Part shown: positions 1-9,303 of the stretch, piece by piece
Layout of the letters: each line of letters begins with the position of its first letter
Numbering within the stretch: position 1 is the first letter of the stretch
Virus record (IMG/VR): IMGVR_UViG_3300022413_000013
Location: 1 to 56,908 of that record
From: a virus
Lineage: Duplodnaviria; Caudoviricetes
Reading direction: 5' to 3' (one strand)
Length of the DNA stretch: 56,908 nucleotides
Notes under the pieces: model-generated
The model's database searches: none
What the model saw: the letters and a program-made list of their open reading frames with translations, nothing else
What the model was told of the DNA's origin: nothing
Program-made: the position numbers and the translations under genes

Positions 1-126
1 ACGCAAGCGTGCAATAAGCGGTCGCCGTCGCTGATCCGGTTCCGGTTTCTACAACAAACGGCATTGTTTATTATGCGCCTTCTGTGTCCTGGCCTAGTAA
101 GACCTCGCGATCAAAATTAGGCCACG
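1..126. repeat. Terminal direct repeat, copy 1 (circular assembly overlap)
   Basis: Bases 1-126 are identical to 56769-56894; gene order is continuous across the junction (71..580 followed by the gene starting at 64/56832). Confidence 0.95.
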
Positions 127-580
127 TTTCGTCAATGTCCGCCCGCGTCGCGTCGAGGCCGAATCGCTCGTTCAGCTCGGCAAGCTTCACGAGGCCGCGG
201 TGCGTCCACAACTCGTCGTCATAGGGATCAAGTCCGGCGAGGATGTCGCTTAAACCGTCCGTGCAAACTTCGGGCGCGTCATCCTCGCCAGAGTCGCCGC
301 CCGAGCCCCCCGAGCCCTCTAGAGCGACTTCGTTGTCGCCGGTCACCCACCCTGCCTTTTCCATCGCTGGCAACGACTTCTGATCGCACCAAGCGAGGCT
401 CCCGTCTTTGTAGATCGGGAAGAGGCAAGCCTTCGGCTCGACAACTAGCTCTTGAACTTGCTGGCCAGTGGGACTGACGGCACAGCGCCGCCACCCCTTG
501 GCCTCCATGGCGGCGAGCTGAAACAGCTCGCAATATCCGACCTTTCGGCCGTTCTCGATTGTTATCAGCTCGCCGGGCAT
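71..580 (-). CDS. Head-associated hypothetical protein
   Basis: Directly after the capsid gene; duplicated AME(AK/KA)GW motif, Gly/acidic linker, small C-terminal domain. Confidence 0.7.
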   Translation of the reverse strand: MPGELITIENGRKVGYCELFQLAAMEAKGWRRCAVSPTGQQVQELVVEPKACLFPIYKDGSLAWCDQKSLPAMEKAGWVTGDNEVALEGSGGSGGDSGEDDAPEVCTDGLSDILAGLDPYDDELWTHRGLVKLAELNERFGLDATRADIDETWPNFDREVLLGQDTEGA

Positions 581-584
581 GGTC

Positions 585-1733
585 TTAGGCCTTCAGGATT
601 TGACCGCCGAGACGGCCGTCGACCATCTTGGCGCCGACCAGCACGTCGAGGCTGATCACGTCAGACTTAAGATTGCGGTCGTAGTCCCACACGACACGGA
701 TGGAGAGGCCGCGGTCGCTGATCGTGGCCGCTTCGGCGCCGCGGGGAAGTGCCAAGGGAACCGACGCAAAGGCGAAGGCGCGGGGATGGAAGGCCGCCCC
801 GTGCATCTCCCAAGTGTCGTCGGTCTCGTACGGTGTGATAACCGTCGAGTCGGCCACGGCTTCGCGAAGCGGTTCTTTGAACGTGATCGTGCCGGCGCCG
901 GCTCCATCCATGGTCGCGTTCGCCGCCACGACAACGCCGCCATAACCGGCGATGTTGATGATATCGTTCAGCAGATAGGTTGCGGCGTTGCCGAACGACG
1001 CCACAACCATCGACGTCGCGCCTTTGGCGAGCGCACCGTTGACCGTTCCGGACTCACCCGTTGCGCCAGTCGTGTGGGTCGAGCTGTCGACGTTCTGATC
1101 CATGAACGTGTCGATACCGAGGAGCCGACCGACCGAGGCATCGCGAAGCGCCTGAGTCGAGCCTGCCTTGTCCGCCTCGACGAAGCTGTCGACGCCGAGA
1201 AGCGACTGTTCATACTCGGTCGAAGCGATCTGGACTCGCCCGCTCATCGGGATCTTGAGATCGTTCATGCCCTTGCGCACAGACGCCATGTCGGCGATTG
1301 AAGCCGGCAAGGCACCAACAGCAAGTTCTGAAGGCCCGAACACATTCGGAAGATCCTTCAGCTTAGTGAGCGCGTACGCGTCGACGGTCTCGGCAATCTG
1401 CAGAACGTTCGGCTCTAGAATCTGCTCCGAAAAGTCCTGCAGTTCGAGTGTCAAATCGGTCGACGTGAGCTTGATCGTCGCGTCGTAGTGCTTTTCGAGC
1501 ACCAGAGCGACGCCAGTCTCGGTCAAGTCCTGTGGGGTGACGCTCGAACCGTTGTACTCGCTAACGGTCGCATCGTCCCGACGGCGAATAGTGACGGTAT
1601 CGCCGACCTTTTCCTCGCCGCTGAAATTGCTGGTATAGCGACGGTCGAAAAGCTGTGTCGCCACCATGTTGGATTCGAGAAGCAACAGCGCCTCGCGGGC
1701 GATGATGCTGGGAGTCAAAAAGGTGTTGGGCAT
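585..1733 (-). CDS. Major capsid protein (P22 coat/gp5-like)
   Basis: MPNTFLTPSIIAREALLLLE...KVGDTVTIR N-terminus and SLDVLVG C-terminus typical of P22-coat family; follows the scaffold; ATG at 1733 preferred. Confidence 0.9.
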   Translation of the reverse strand: MPNTFLTPSIIAREALLLLESNMVATQLFDRRYTSNFSGEEKVGDTVTIRRRDDATVSEYNGSSVTPQDLTETGVALVLEKHYDATIKLTSTDLTLELQDFSEQILEPNVLQIAETVDAYALTKLKDLPNVFGPSELAVGALPASIADMASVRKGMNDLKIPMSGRVQIASTEYEQSLLGVDSFVEADKAGSTQALRDASVGRLLGIDTFMDQNVDSSTHTTGATGESGTVNGALAKGATSMVVASFGNAATYLLNDIINIAGYGGVVVAANATMDGAGAGTITFKEPLREAVADSTVITPYETDDTWEMHGAAFHPRAFAFASVPLALPRGAEAATISDRGLSIRVVWDYDRNLKSDVISLDVLVGAKMVDGRLGGQILKA

Positions 1734-1847
1734 TGATCCGCTCACACGATGCGCGGGCGTGATCGGCCCGCTGGTTAGGTCTCTGCTCTCATGTCCACGC
1801 GCCTCCTGGTTTGTGGGGTTGCCGACTCCTGTCGGCGGGAAACTGTG

Positions 1848-2651
1848 TTAGGCCGCGCCCTTCTTTTGTTCCGCGCGGACCTTGCGAAATTCGGCCATGT
1901 CCATTTTGCCCATTGCCTCGACCTTGCGATCGGGGTTGCTCGGCAATCCGGCATTACCGAGGCCGGCGGGCTGGGAACCAGGCCACCAAAGGCGGTATTC
2001 TGGAACTTCCCGCTTTTCCTCTAGCCACTCGGTCAAAGGCTTAGGCGTCTTGCCATCCTTGCCGTAAACGATGCCACCCTCTTTATCGCGAATGACGTGT
2101 TGACCGAGTTCGGCATCAAATTGGAACTGACGCTCTGCAAGCATCCTCGCGTGCTCGCGTGCGCCTGGGTCGCTGATCTCGGCGGCGTCGCACGCCTGGC
2201 CGATGTCCCGATCGAGGACAACGCCGTGAAGCTGAGACTGTACCGCCTGCAGCGCCTTTTCGCGTTCGGTCAACACCTCGTCTCGCGCCGAGAGCTGCTT
2301 CTCATAATCGGCTTTCATGGCGCCCGACCGCTTCTCGTACCATTCCTCGTAGTTGCCGCTGGCCAAGAGCTTGCCGACCTCGTCGTTTTCGAGACTGGCG
2401 CGCATCTTCACAAGCGCCTCGATCCCCTCGTCGCCGCCGAGCTTTGCCACCTGTTCGGCCAAAGCGTCGGCTTGCTTCTTCGCCTCGGTCTTTTCTTTCT
2501 TCAATTCCGCGTTGGTCGCCTTCAGCCCTGCAACGGCTTCCTCGACGGCTTTGGCGATTTGGTCTTTGATGTCATCGCCCCCACCGCCGCCGCCGCCATC
2601 GTCCGGCGCCCGCACAAACGGAAGGTCTTGATTCATGTTCCCTAGAAGCAT
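1848..2651 (-). CDS. Capsid scaffolding protein
   Basis: Gly-rich N-terminus, coiled coil (GLKATNAELKKEK), position immediately upstream of the capsid gene. Confidence 0.85.
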   Translation of the reverse strand: MLLGNMNQDLPFVRAPDDGGGGGGGDDIKDQIAKAVEEAVAGLKATNAELKKEKTEAKKQADALAEQVAKLGGDEGIEALVKMRASLENDEVGKLLASGNYEEWYEKRSGAMKADYEKQLSARDEVLTEREKALQAVQSQLHGVVLDRDIGQACDAAEISDPGAREHARMLAERQFQFDAELGQHVIRDKEGGIVYGKDGKTPKPLTEWLEEKREVPEYRLWWPGSQPAGLGNAGLPSNPDRKVEAMGKMDMAEFRKVRAEQKKGAA

Positions 2652-2697
2652 TGAATAACTCTCTCTCCTGAGAAGTAGCGCCTGCTACGTGTTTTGA

Positions 2698-2726
2698 TGT
2701 ATATGGCAAAGTATTGCTTCATGCAA
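2698..2726 (-). promoter_or_regulatory. Putative sigma70-type promoter for scaffold/capsid
   Basis: Minus strand TTGCAT-N17-TATACA in an AT-rich intergenic region. Confidence 0.5.
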
Positions 2727-2789
2727 TTCTTGGGGAATGCGAGAATTATTGTTTAACTTCAACTAATTATCTTTAATAGGAAAGGTGTC

Positions 2790-3125
2790 GTGAAGCGAAA
2801 AGCAGCAGTCGACTTAACGACCGATAGCGAGGTCTATCGACCCATAGGATTTATCAGGGTTTTTGAGATCGGAGAATTTACCGTCGTCTCGCGAATCGGC
2901 ATCGATTTCGAAAAGGCCGCCGAGGGCGCCCATCATGATAAAATTTACGCGGTCTTAACCGAAACCTATCTCTACCCCATGGGCATGATTGCGAAGACCG
3001 AGAAGGCCGGCGGGACTTTGGAGGCCGCCGTCGATGCGCTAAAAGCGCTCACACAGGACAACGCCGAAGACTTTCTCGCTTCGGTGATCGAATGGATGAA
3101 AATGACGCCTGGAATTTGGGATTAG
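2790..3125 (+). CDS. Hypothetical protein (antisense moron in head module)
   Basis: GTG start with AGGAAAGG upstream, own AT-rich leader, protein-like composition. Confidence 0.65.
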   Translation: MKRKAAVDLTTDSEVYRPIGFIRVFEIGEFTVVSRIGIDFEKAAEGAHHDKIYAVLTETYLYPMGMIAKTEKAGGTLEAAVDALKALTQDNAEDFLASVIEWMKMTPGIWD

Positions 3126-3546
3126 AGTTCAGGCTCAAGACCTTAACAGGCCCGCCGCACTCGTGATCGAGCTTTGCGGTGATCTCAACGGCCTCGATCG
3201 CACTCGCGCCGGCCATCATGGCGGCGATGGCCGTATTTTGCCCCGATCCGATCGCCGCGCCGTAGTGTGTGCGGATCTCGATCGGCACGTGCGAGGAGTC
3301 GAACTCGAACACGCGGCCGTCGGGTCGCAAAACTATCCCATGAAAGGCTTGCCAGTCTGGGCGAATTCGCGACCCTTTCATCCATCGGGCAAATTGCTGA
3401 CACGCTGAAACGCTCCCGGCCGCCCCGAAGATCCAGCCCCGATGTTCGTAAATCTTGTCGATTTCTCCATAGGAGATCTGGTAGCCGGTACAGTTGACTT
3501 CGGAGTCGGCCGCGACCACGCCGTCGCGAATGGCGATGACGGTCAT
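3049..3546 (-). CDS. HslV/proteasome-beta-like Ntn-hydrolase protease
   Basis: M-T start (N-terminal Thr nucleophile), VAADS, K, GAAG, AIGSG, D-x-x-CGG motifs; ATGA-coupled to the upstream gene. Confidence 0.8.
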   Translation of the reverse strand: MTVIAIRDGVVAADSEVNCTGYQISYGEIDKIYEHRGWIFGAAGSVSACQQFARWMKGSRIRPDWQAFHGIVLRPDGRVFEFDSSHVPIEIRTHYGAAIGSGQNTAIAAMMAGASAIEAVEITAKLDHECGGPVKVLSLNSNPKFQASFSSIRSPKRESLRRCPV

Positions 3547-3809
3547 TCGCGAAAGACCGAGAAAGCGCAATCGTCGTCTGGGTCATCGGCAATCAAGACT
3601 GTCATCCCGAAGACGCAAAGCGGATGACTTTCGATGTCGACCTCGCCGTTTTCGAGTCGTTGAACGAGGTCGCGATAGCGCATCACTTCCGCGGCCATGA
3701 TGGCCAGGCTTAGCTTATTCTCTTTCGTGGTCCGCAGTCGGTTCGGCGCCTGGCCGGTTTCGAGGGTGAAGCCGCGCCGAGCGGCGGTTAGATGTTTGAT
3801 GTCGAACAT
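3543..3809 (-). CDS. Hypothetical protein
   Basis: Fills the operon gap; coupled to the downstream gene. Confidence 0.6.
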   Translation of the reverse strand: MFDIKHLTAARRGFTLETGQAPNRLRTTKENKLSLAIMAAEVMRYRDLVQRLENGEVDIESHPLCVFGMTVLIADDPDDDCAFSVFRE

Positions 3810-3817
3810 GCGTACAA

Positions 3818-5065
3818 TCAGACCCCCGCCTTATCGAAAACCCCAGGATGCAAACCGCGTAGCTCGTCGAGCGTCAGCTCGTCGCCGTTGATGTCGATGA
3901 ACTGGTCGAGGTGTATCTCGCCTTTGCGGAACAGCTTGCCTTTGGTCTTGCCGAGAACATCATCTTGGAATCCTACCGGCTGTTTGCGCAACCATGTATC
4001 GTAGTCTTCGGACGCCGGAACCGATCCAATATTCTCCTTTTGCCACTTGGCGCGCTCGTCGGCGATCCTGGCGCGCCGCTCTTTTTCCGTGAGGTTTGAC
4101 CATTCGGCGCCGGCCTTGTCCCTGGCTTGCGCCCTGAAGTCCATCTCGCGGACTCGTCGGTTGCGCTTGTCGCGGACGAACGGCCGGTCGCCGATCAAGT
4201 CCTCGCCGATATAGGCGACGAGGACAGAGCGGCAAGAAACATGCGCGGGCGGCGACGCCAGAGGCGGTTTAAGCCGAGGTAGCGAAACCGTGGGCGGAAG
4301 TGGCCTATCGAGGCTTACCGGCCTTACGTGGCCATCCCTGCCCCGGCAAACGGGCGTTGTGCGGCCGTCGAGGGTCGCATTCCATACCAAGCCCTCGACA
4401 GCATCCCCGAAACGGTCCCAAACGCGGTTACGAACGGCGTTCGAGATGCCATTGACCCCCGTGCGAACGATCGCTTCCGCCTGGCGCCTGGTCGCCGATA
4501 GAACGCCGTCGCGGAACTGTCCGCGCCTGGTGCCGGCGACCCGCCGGACGATGTCCGGTATCGACTGGCCTTCGAGCACGCCGATTCTGATCTGTTCGAG
4601 CAAGCGGCGCTGATCAGCCTCGCGAAGGGATCCGAACCACTCGCCGAGGGTGCGGCCGTTAAAAGGTTGCGTGCTGACGATCCCCTCGACCACGCCGGGC
4701 GGAACCTTTGGAATGTCGATCGCGATCGGTATAGAACGGTCGAGAACTTTGATCTCGAACTCGCCTTCTATCTTGCCGAAATCGACCATTTCCGGACTAA
4801 CGCCCTTTTCTAGCGCCCGCAAAGCGCGCTCGCGCTCGCGCCGGATCTCGGTAAGTAACCCCTTGAGCCGCCGGACGTTCCGGCTATCTCGCGGGTCGCC
4901 GCCGGCTCTTAGAAGCTTCTTCAATTCCTCGCGCAACAGTCGAACGACGTCGCGGTCGGCCGCTTCGAGAAGTTCTAACGCCTGGTTCGCCTGTCGCTTG
5001 GCTACGCGCCGGATGTGGACTTGATGCCTTAGCGTGGCGTCGCGGATATCATCATTGGCGGGCAT
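3818..5065 (-). CDS. Minor head morphogenesis protein (Mu gpF/SPP1 gp7-like)
   Basis: AIVRT, W-x-ATLDGRTTPVC, PPAH-x-x-CRS motifs; follows the portal. Confidence 0.88.
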   Translation of the reverse strand: MPANDDIRDATLRHQVHIRRVAKRQANQALELLEAADRDVVRLLREELKKLLRAGGDPRDSRNVRRLKGLLTEIRRERERALRALEKGVSPEMVDFGKIEGEFEIKVLDRSIPIAIDIPKVPPGVVEGIVSTQPFNGRTLGEWFGSLREADQRRLLEQIRIGVLEGQSIPDIVRRVAGTRRGQFRDGVLSATRRQAEAIVRTGVNGISNAVRNRVWDRFGDAVEGLVWNATLDGRTTPVCRGRDGHVRPVSLDRPLPPTVSLPRLKPPLASPPAHVSCRSVLVAYIGEDLIGDRPFVRDKRNRRVREMDFRAQARDKAGAEWSNLTEKERRARIADERAKWQKENIGSVPASEDYDTWLRKQPVGFQDDVLGKTKGKLFRKGEIHLDQFIDINGDELTLDELRGLHPGVFDKAGV

Positions 5066-5275
5066 TCATGCCGCCGGCTTGGAAGGGCGGCCAGGCCGAC
5101 CAGTCCGCACGCCGGACCGAGCCGACTTCGGCTTTTTCTTTTCCGGCGCCGCCGTCGATACAACGCCTGGACCGAGCGACCGCCTCAAGTTCTGCGTGAA
5201 CCGTTTGCGCGGGTCGTCAACCGTCGGCATCATGCTTGCGCGAAGCTTGTTGAAGAAATTGTTAGGTCGTTTCAT
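5066..5275 (-). CDS. Small basic hypothetical protein
   Basis: Fills the gap between portal and minor head gene exactly. Confidence 0.5.
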   Translation of the reverse strand: MKRPNNFFNKLRASMMPTVDDPRKRFTQNLRRSLGPGVVSTAAPEKKKPKSARSGVRTGRPGRPSKPAA

Positions 5276-6758
5276 CGTCGCCTTCCTCGTCGTCCGGCTC
5301 GTCTTCGGGCTCGTCGTCGATCGGCGTTACCGGGTTGCGCTGGATTTCGTCCATCCGCTCTTCTTCGATCTCGTCGAGTTCTTCCTCGTACTCGCGGTCG
5401 GTGAGCTTTCTGAGCTTGGCGAGCCTGTGAATCGAGCGCCAAGAGAGCGGGCCTCCCTTGAGCTTGGAGTCGACCAGCTTGTCGAAGTCTTGCGGGTCCA
5501 TCGGCGGTTCCGCGAAGTCGAGGTTCGGCTTGAACTCGACTTTCTCGACCGCGTCCTCGCCGAGGCCCCTTGATCGCGCGAGACCGCGAAGCGCTTCCTC
5601 GAACTGAGCGCCGGCATTGATCACCAGTGACTTTGTGGTGACCTGCTTGACCATCTGGCGGCGCTTGACAGCCTCGCCGCTTTCCGGCCCGCCGTCGCTT
5701 TCTCGAAGCCTCCCGCCTTCCTCTTGAAAGCGCTGATACTCGTCTTCGATCGCCTGGCGCAAAAGCGGAATGCCGAGCCCGTCGATGTCCAACAGCTCGG
5801 CGCGGGCTTCGGGATTCGAGAAATGCCAAATGCTGTCGCCGCCGATCGATTCCGGCACGTCGTCGTCGTCGACGCCATAAATCACCGGCTGCGGGTCAGT
5901 CTTGACGTAAAGACTGCGATTATAGTCGGCGGTTTTCCGGTAGATATTGTAGGCGCGCTTGACCATGGGCATGATTGGAATAGGCCCATAGTCGAAGCCC
6001 TCGCCGGCCGCGTTGATGACATCGATCGGAATTTTCAGAAAGTTTCGGCCGAAATGGACCGGGATCATCCAGCCCTCGGCGTCGGTCTTCGGTAAGGGAA
6101 CGATCGTCGGCTTTGCGCTTTCCTTGTGCACCCAAAGCCGAATGCGATAGATACCGTCGACGAGACGCAGCTCGCGATAATAGGTGACATCCTTGACCGC
6201 GAACCCGTCTTCTTCGATCAGCTCCGATTGCGTTTCACGCAAAACGACGAGAGTCGGCGCGGCGCCTTCGCGCTTTGGCTTCAACAACCAATTGATCATG
6301 GCTTCGGCGGGATAGGTGCAGAAGCGCAAGACGTCGTCGCGGCCGACGTCGTGCAATAGGTGGACTCGGCCGGTCGCTGAGACTTCACGAGTCATGCGCT
6401 CCCAAAGCGTCGCCAAGGGCTCGCCGTCGGGCGTGGCGTCCTCGATCAAATATTCGAGCTGCTTTGGCAACTTTACATCGGCCGGCTTTTCATGAATTAG
6501 GCCTTGGATACCGTCGAGCGTCGGGCCGACGATTTCGGGGAACTCGGCGAAACCGAGATAGAATGAATATCGGTCGTCGCCGACTGGCTTTCCGTTTCCG
6601 TCCGTGACGCCGCGCCCGGTCCTGTCCATGCCCGGCGGCCTCGGCAAATACTGCGTGTTTTTGGCCTTGACCCGGTCTTCGCCTTCGAGCGCGTCGCGAA
6701 CGCGTTCCCAGGCCGCGAGGCGAGCCTCGAACTTGACGTGTTGAGTATTTACAGGCAT
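5262..6758 (-). CDS. Portal protein (DUF4055-like)
   Basis: W-x-x-VRDAL-x-G, YLPRP, ESGEA motifs; acidic tail; directly after TerL. Confidence 0.88.
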   Translation of the reverse strand: MPVNTQHVKFEARLAAWERVRDALEGEDRVKAKNTQYLPRPPGMDRTGRGVTDGNGKPVGDDRYSFYLGFAEFPEIVGPTLDGIQGLIHEKPADVKLPKQLEYLIEDATPDGEPLATLWERMTREVSATGRVHLLHDVGRDDVLRFCTYPAEAMINWLLKPKREGAAPTLVVLRETQSELIEEDGFAVKDVTYYRELRLVDGIYRIRLWVHKESAKPTIVPLPKTDAEGWMIPVHFGRNFLKIPIDVINAAGEGFDYGPIPIMPMVKRAYNIYRKTADYNRSLYVKTDPQPVIYGVDDDDVPESIGGDSIWHFSNPEARAELLDIDGLGIPLLRQAIEDEYQRFQEEGGRLRESDGGPESGEAVKRRQMVKQVTTKSLVINAGAQFEEALRGLARSRGLGEDAVEKVEFKPNLDFAEPPMDPQDFDKLVDSKLKGGPLSWRSIHRLAKLRKLTDREYEEELDEIEEERMDEIQRNPVTPIDDEPEDEPDDEEGDDETT

Positions 6759-8303
6759 CTACCGCCCCCGAATAGATTTCGCCCGCGCCGTTTGCTTAAC
6801 TTTAAATAAACGATAGCGAGATTCATCATAAACGTGGTCCTCGGCGTCTTTATCGATGTCGTCCAAATCCTTATCAGATCTTGCCAAGACTGGAACTGTT
6901 CTTTTGAACTGCTCACAAATACTAAAAATAAATAAGCCTGGCTTTTCCCGTTGCTTTGGGTTTTTGTTAGCGTCGAACGGCGCCGCCTCAAAGAGCAACG
7001 TTCGCATGCGTTGCGCGCCGTTCTTCCGGCTGTCCTTCCCCTTGCTCGCGCGCAACCATGACACGCCCTCTTTGCGCATGTCGGCCGCGATCGTGTGCGA
7101 CTGGCCTTGGCCGGTACTGTCGCCGAAGATCTGGCTATCGGCCGGACCCGGAAAGATCTTCCGCTTGCCGAAATACAGCATTTCGCGCTTTTTGATCCCC
7201 TTGGCGATCTCGGTCGCCGGCAAGTTCAGCCCTTCGTTGGGCTTGTTGTTCCAGCCGTACCACTCGGCGACCCTGAAGACGTCGCCGCGTATCGTTTCCA
7301 GTTTCTTCCCGTTTTTGAGCTTGACGGTCTCGCCGTTGCTTTCCGCCCACCAGCCCACTGAAAACGGGCGAGATCCGCCCCAATCGAACGAACGATCGAT
7401 CCGCCAGTTATCCGGGATGTCGAAGGGCTCGACGACGTGGACGCTGGGTCGCCAGAGATCATCGAACATCCCGCCCGCGACGATGTCCCAAGAGCCGTCG
7501 ATCCACGCTTTCAGCATTTCCGGGTTAGCCGCCGAGGCGGCGATACGGTCGACGTAATCAGGGTCCGCCGTCAACAAGACCTTGTTTTCGCTAAGCGAAC
7601 TATGTATTGCCACCCTCGGCGGTTCGGGCTTGCCTCGATGGTCCATCGAGTCCCTGACGATAGGCCCGAGGCGCGAACCGCCAGCTATCGGCAGTCGAAA
7701 GCGAAACTTCACCCAATTGTGGCCGACGCCATAGGGGTTTGTCGTCGCCCGGATCTTCTTAGGGATTCCGACGATCGGCGAGCGGCAACACGAAAACATG
7801 CTGATGTAGCAATCTGGCGTCGGCCAGGTCGTCAGCTCTTCCCAGGCAATCCAGGGGTACGCGTGGCCGTGATATGACCAGTAGTCGCGCGGTTTAATGA
7901 ACTGTCGGAAATAGAGCTTTTCGCCGGTCGGCCACTCCCAAAACGACTTGGCGCGATTGTAGCTGGCTTTCGGAAAGCACGTCGAGAACAGCGACTCCGA
8001 CTTCCCGATGATGTCTTCGAGTTCGGGATAGGTGCGACGGAAGAGAACGCCGCGCCAGGCGCGCCCCCAGCCCTTGCCGACGTGCTGAGCGAAGTCGTTA
8101 AGAAGCGTCTCGGTCTTGCCGCCGCCGCGGTTACCCTCGAGAAGGCACTCGAAGACCGGGCAACGAAGGAACGCCTCTTGACTGCCTGCCTGTGCCGCCC
8201 AATGCGGTTGGATATCCGGCTGATCGTCCTCGACTAGGAAAGGCTTTAGGCCCGTTGGCGTCGAGCGCCATTCAAGCGCTTGTGTGCTGTGCATGCCATT
8301 CAT
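6759..8303 (-). CDS. terL: Terminase large subunit
   Basis: Walker A GNRGGGKT, WEE Walker B, TTNP coupling motif, FDWG and EDHVYDESRY nuclease motifs. Confidence 0.95.
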   Translation of the reverse strand: MNGMHSTQALEWRSTPTGLKPFLVEDDQPDIQPHWAAQAGSQEAFLRCPVFECLLEGNRGGGKTETLLNDFAQHVGKGWGRAWRGVLFRRTYPELEDIIGKSESLFSTCFPKASYNRAKSFWEWPTGEKLYFRQFIKPRDYWSYHGHAYPWIAWEELTTWPTPDCYISMFSCCRSPIVGIPKKIRATTNPYGVGHNWVKFRFRLPIAGGSRLGPIVRDSMDHRGKPEPPRVAIHSSLSENKVLLTADPDYVDRIAASAANPEMLKAWIDGSWDIVAGGMFDDLWRPSVHVVEPFDIPDNWRIDRSFDWGGSRPFSVGWWAESNGETVKLKNGKKLETIRGDVFRVAEWYGWNNKPNEGLNLPATEIAKGIKKREMLYFGKRKIFPGPADSQIFGDSTGQGQSHTIAADMRKEGVSWLRASKGKDSRKNGAQRMRTLLFEAAPFDANKNPKQREKPGLFIFSICEQFKRTVPVLARSDKDLDDIDKDAEDHVYDESRYRLFKVKQTARAKSIRGR

Positions 8304-8718
8304 CGTCGTCGGTCGCAGCGACCGGAACGGCGATCACACCGAAGCGGTGGTCGACCTCGACGGGGTTTTCTTTGAACATGTCGCCGCCGTTGCACTTCAG
8401 CCAATAGATTGAGCCTGTGCAGCTCTTGCCGAACAAGTTTTGCTCATGTGCAGCGGCGATTTTCATTCGCGCCTTTTTTATAATATGGGAATATTCCGGG
8501 TTATCCTCGTAATCCTTGAACGTCGAGTAGTCGGAAAAGTCGAGGTAAACGGACAAGCCGGTAAGAGCGGGCGGCAAGGCGTCGAGCCTCGTCTTAGTCG
8601 GCTTCAAGCTGTTGAAGTATGCGGTGACCTTCTTCTGAAGCGCTGCAGGGGTTGTGTACTTCAGCTTTCGACCCGAGTTCTTTTTCTGGTCTTTAGGTCT
8701 ATGTTTGGTCCTGGCCAA
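8272..8718 (-). CDS. terS: Terminase small subunit (P22 gp3-like)
   Basis: PALTGLSVYL and GSIYWLKCN motifs; overlaps the TerL start. Confidence 0.85.
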   Translation of the reverse strand: MARTKHRPKDQKKNSGRKLKYTTPAALQKKVTAYFNSLKPTKTRLDALPPALTGLSVYLDFSDYSTFKDYEDNPEYSHIIKKARMKIAAAHEQNLFGKSCTGSIYWLKCNGGDMFKENPVEVDHRFGVIAVPVAATDDDEWHAQHTSA

Positions 8719-8927
8719 TTATTATTATCCAAGTTGTTAAACTCACTTGGAGACTATATAGCTTTAGTATTCGGGTTGTCTATATTTGTAGGTGGATTTC
8801 GGCGGCGCTGGACTTCCTACCAGCCTTGGCGATCGTCGGCCTATGGTGCACCAAGGCCTCAATGCCGCATTGCAACGTTGCCGGACGCCAGCTTGCGCTT
8901 GTCCGGTCGTATCGGCCCTTTCCTGCG

Positions 8928-9236
8928 TTAGTCGGGGTGTGGAATCCGCGGTCCCCGATTCATCATCCGCCGGCGCCCCGTCTTCGCTTTCACGACGCGC
9001 CCCTTGTGCAACAAGATCTCGTATTCCCAGCCGTCCCACGCGTCGATAAAGACGAAATCAGCAAGCCGCTCGTGAACGGTATCGGGCGACCCGCCGAAGA
9101 CGCTCACGTTGAGCGCCGTTTCTTGCGAAATCTCCGGCAAGGCGTCGCATTCGGCATCGGTGAACGCGCCGAATTTTGGAAGCTCGGTCAATGCGTCAGA
9201 GCGCAAAGGATGAGAAGGACGATCAGAATCAGCCAT
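8928..9236 (-). CDS. Hypothetical protein
   Basis: ORF with plausible composition; ATG at 9236. Confidence 0.55.
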   Translation of the reverse strand: MADSDRPSHPLRSDALTELPKFGAFTDAECDALPEISQETALNVSVFGGSPDTVHERLADFVFIDAWDGWEYEILLHKGRVVKAKTGRRRMMNRGPRIPHPD

Positions 9237-9303
9237 AGGTTTTCCCCGAAAGCCCATAATATGTCGCCCAAAAGCACGCTGACGGAATTGAAGACGCCAC
9301 GCA

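Noticed and set aside
2744-2775. CtrA boxes in AT-rich promoter regions (also 12860 and 43280)
   Set aside because: Only half-sites; no exact TTAA-N7-TTAA found by eye
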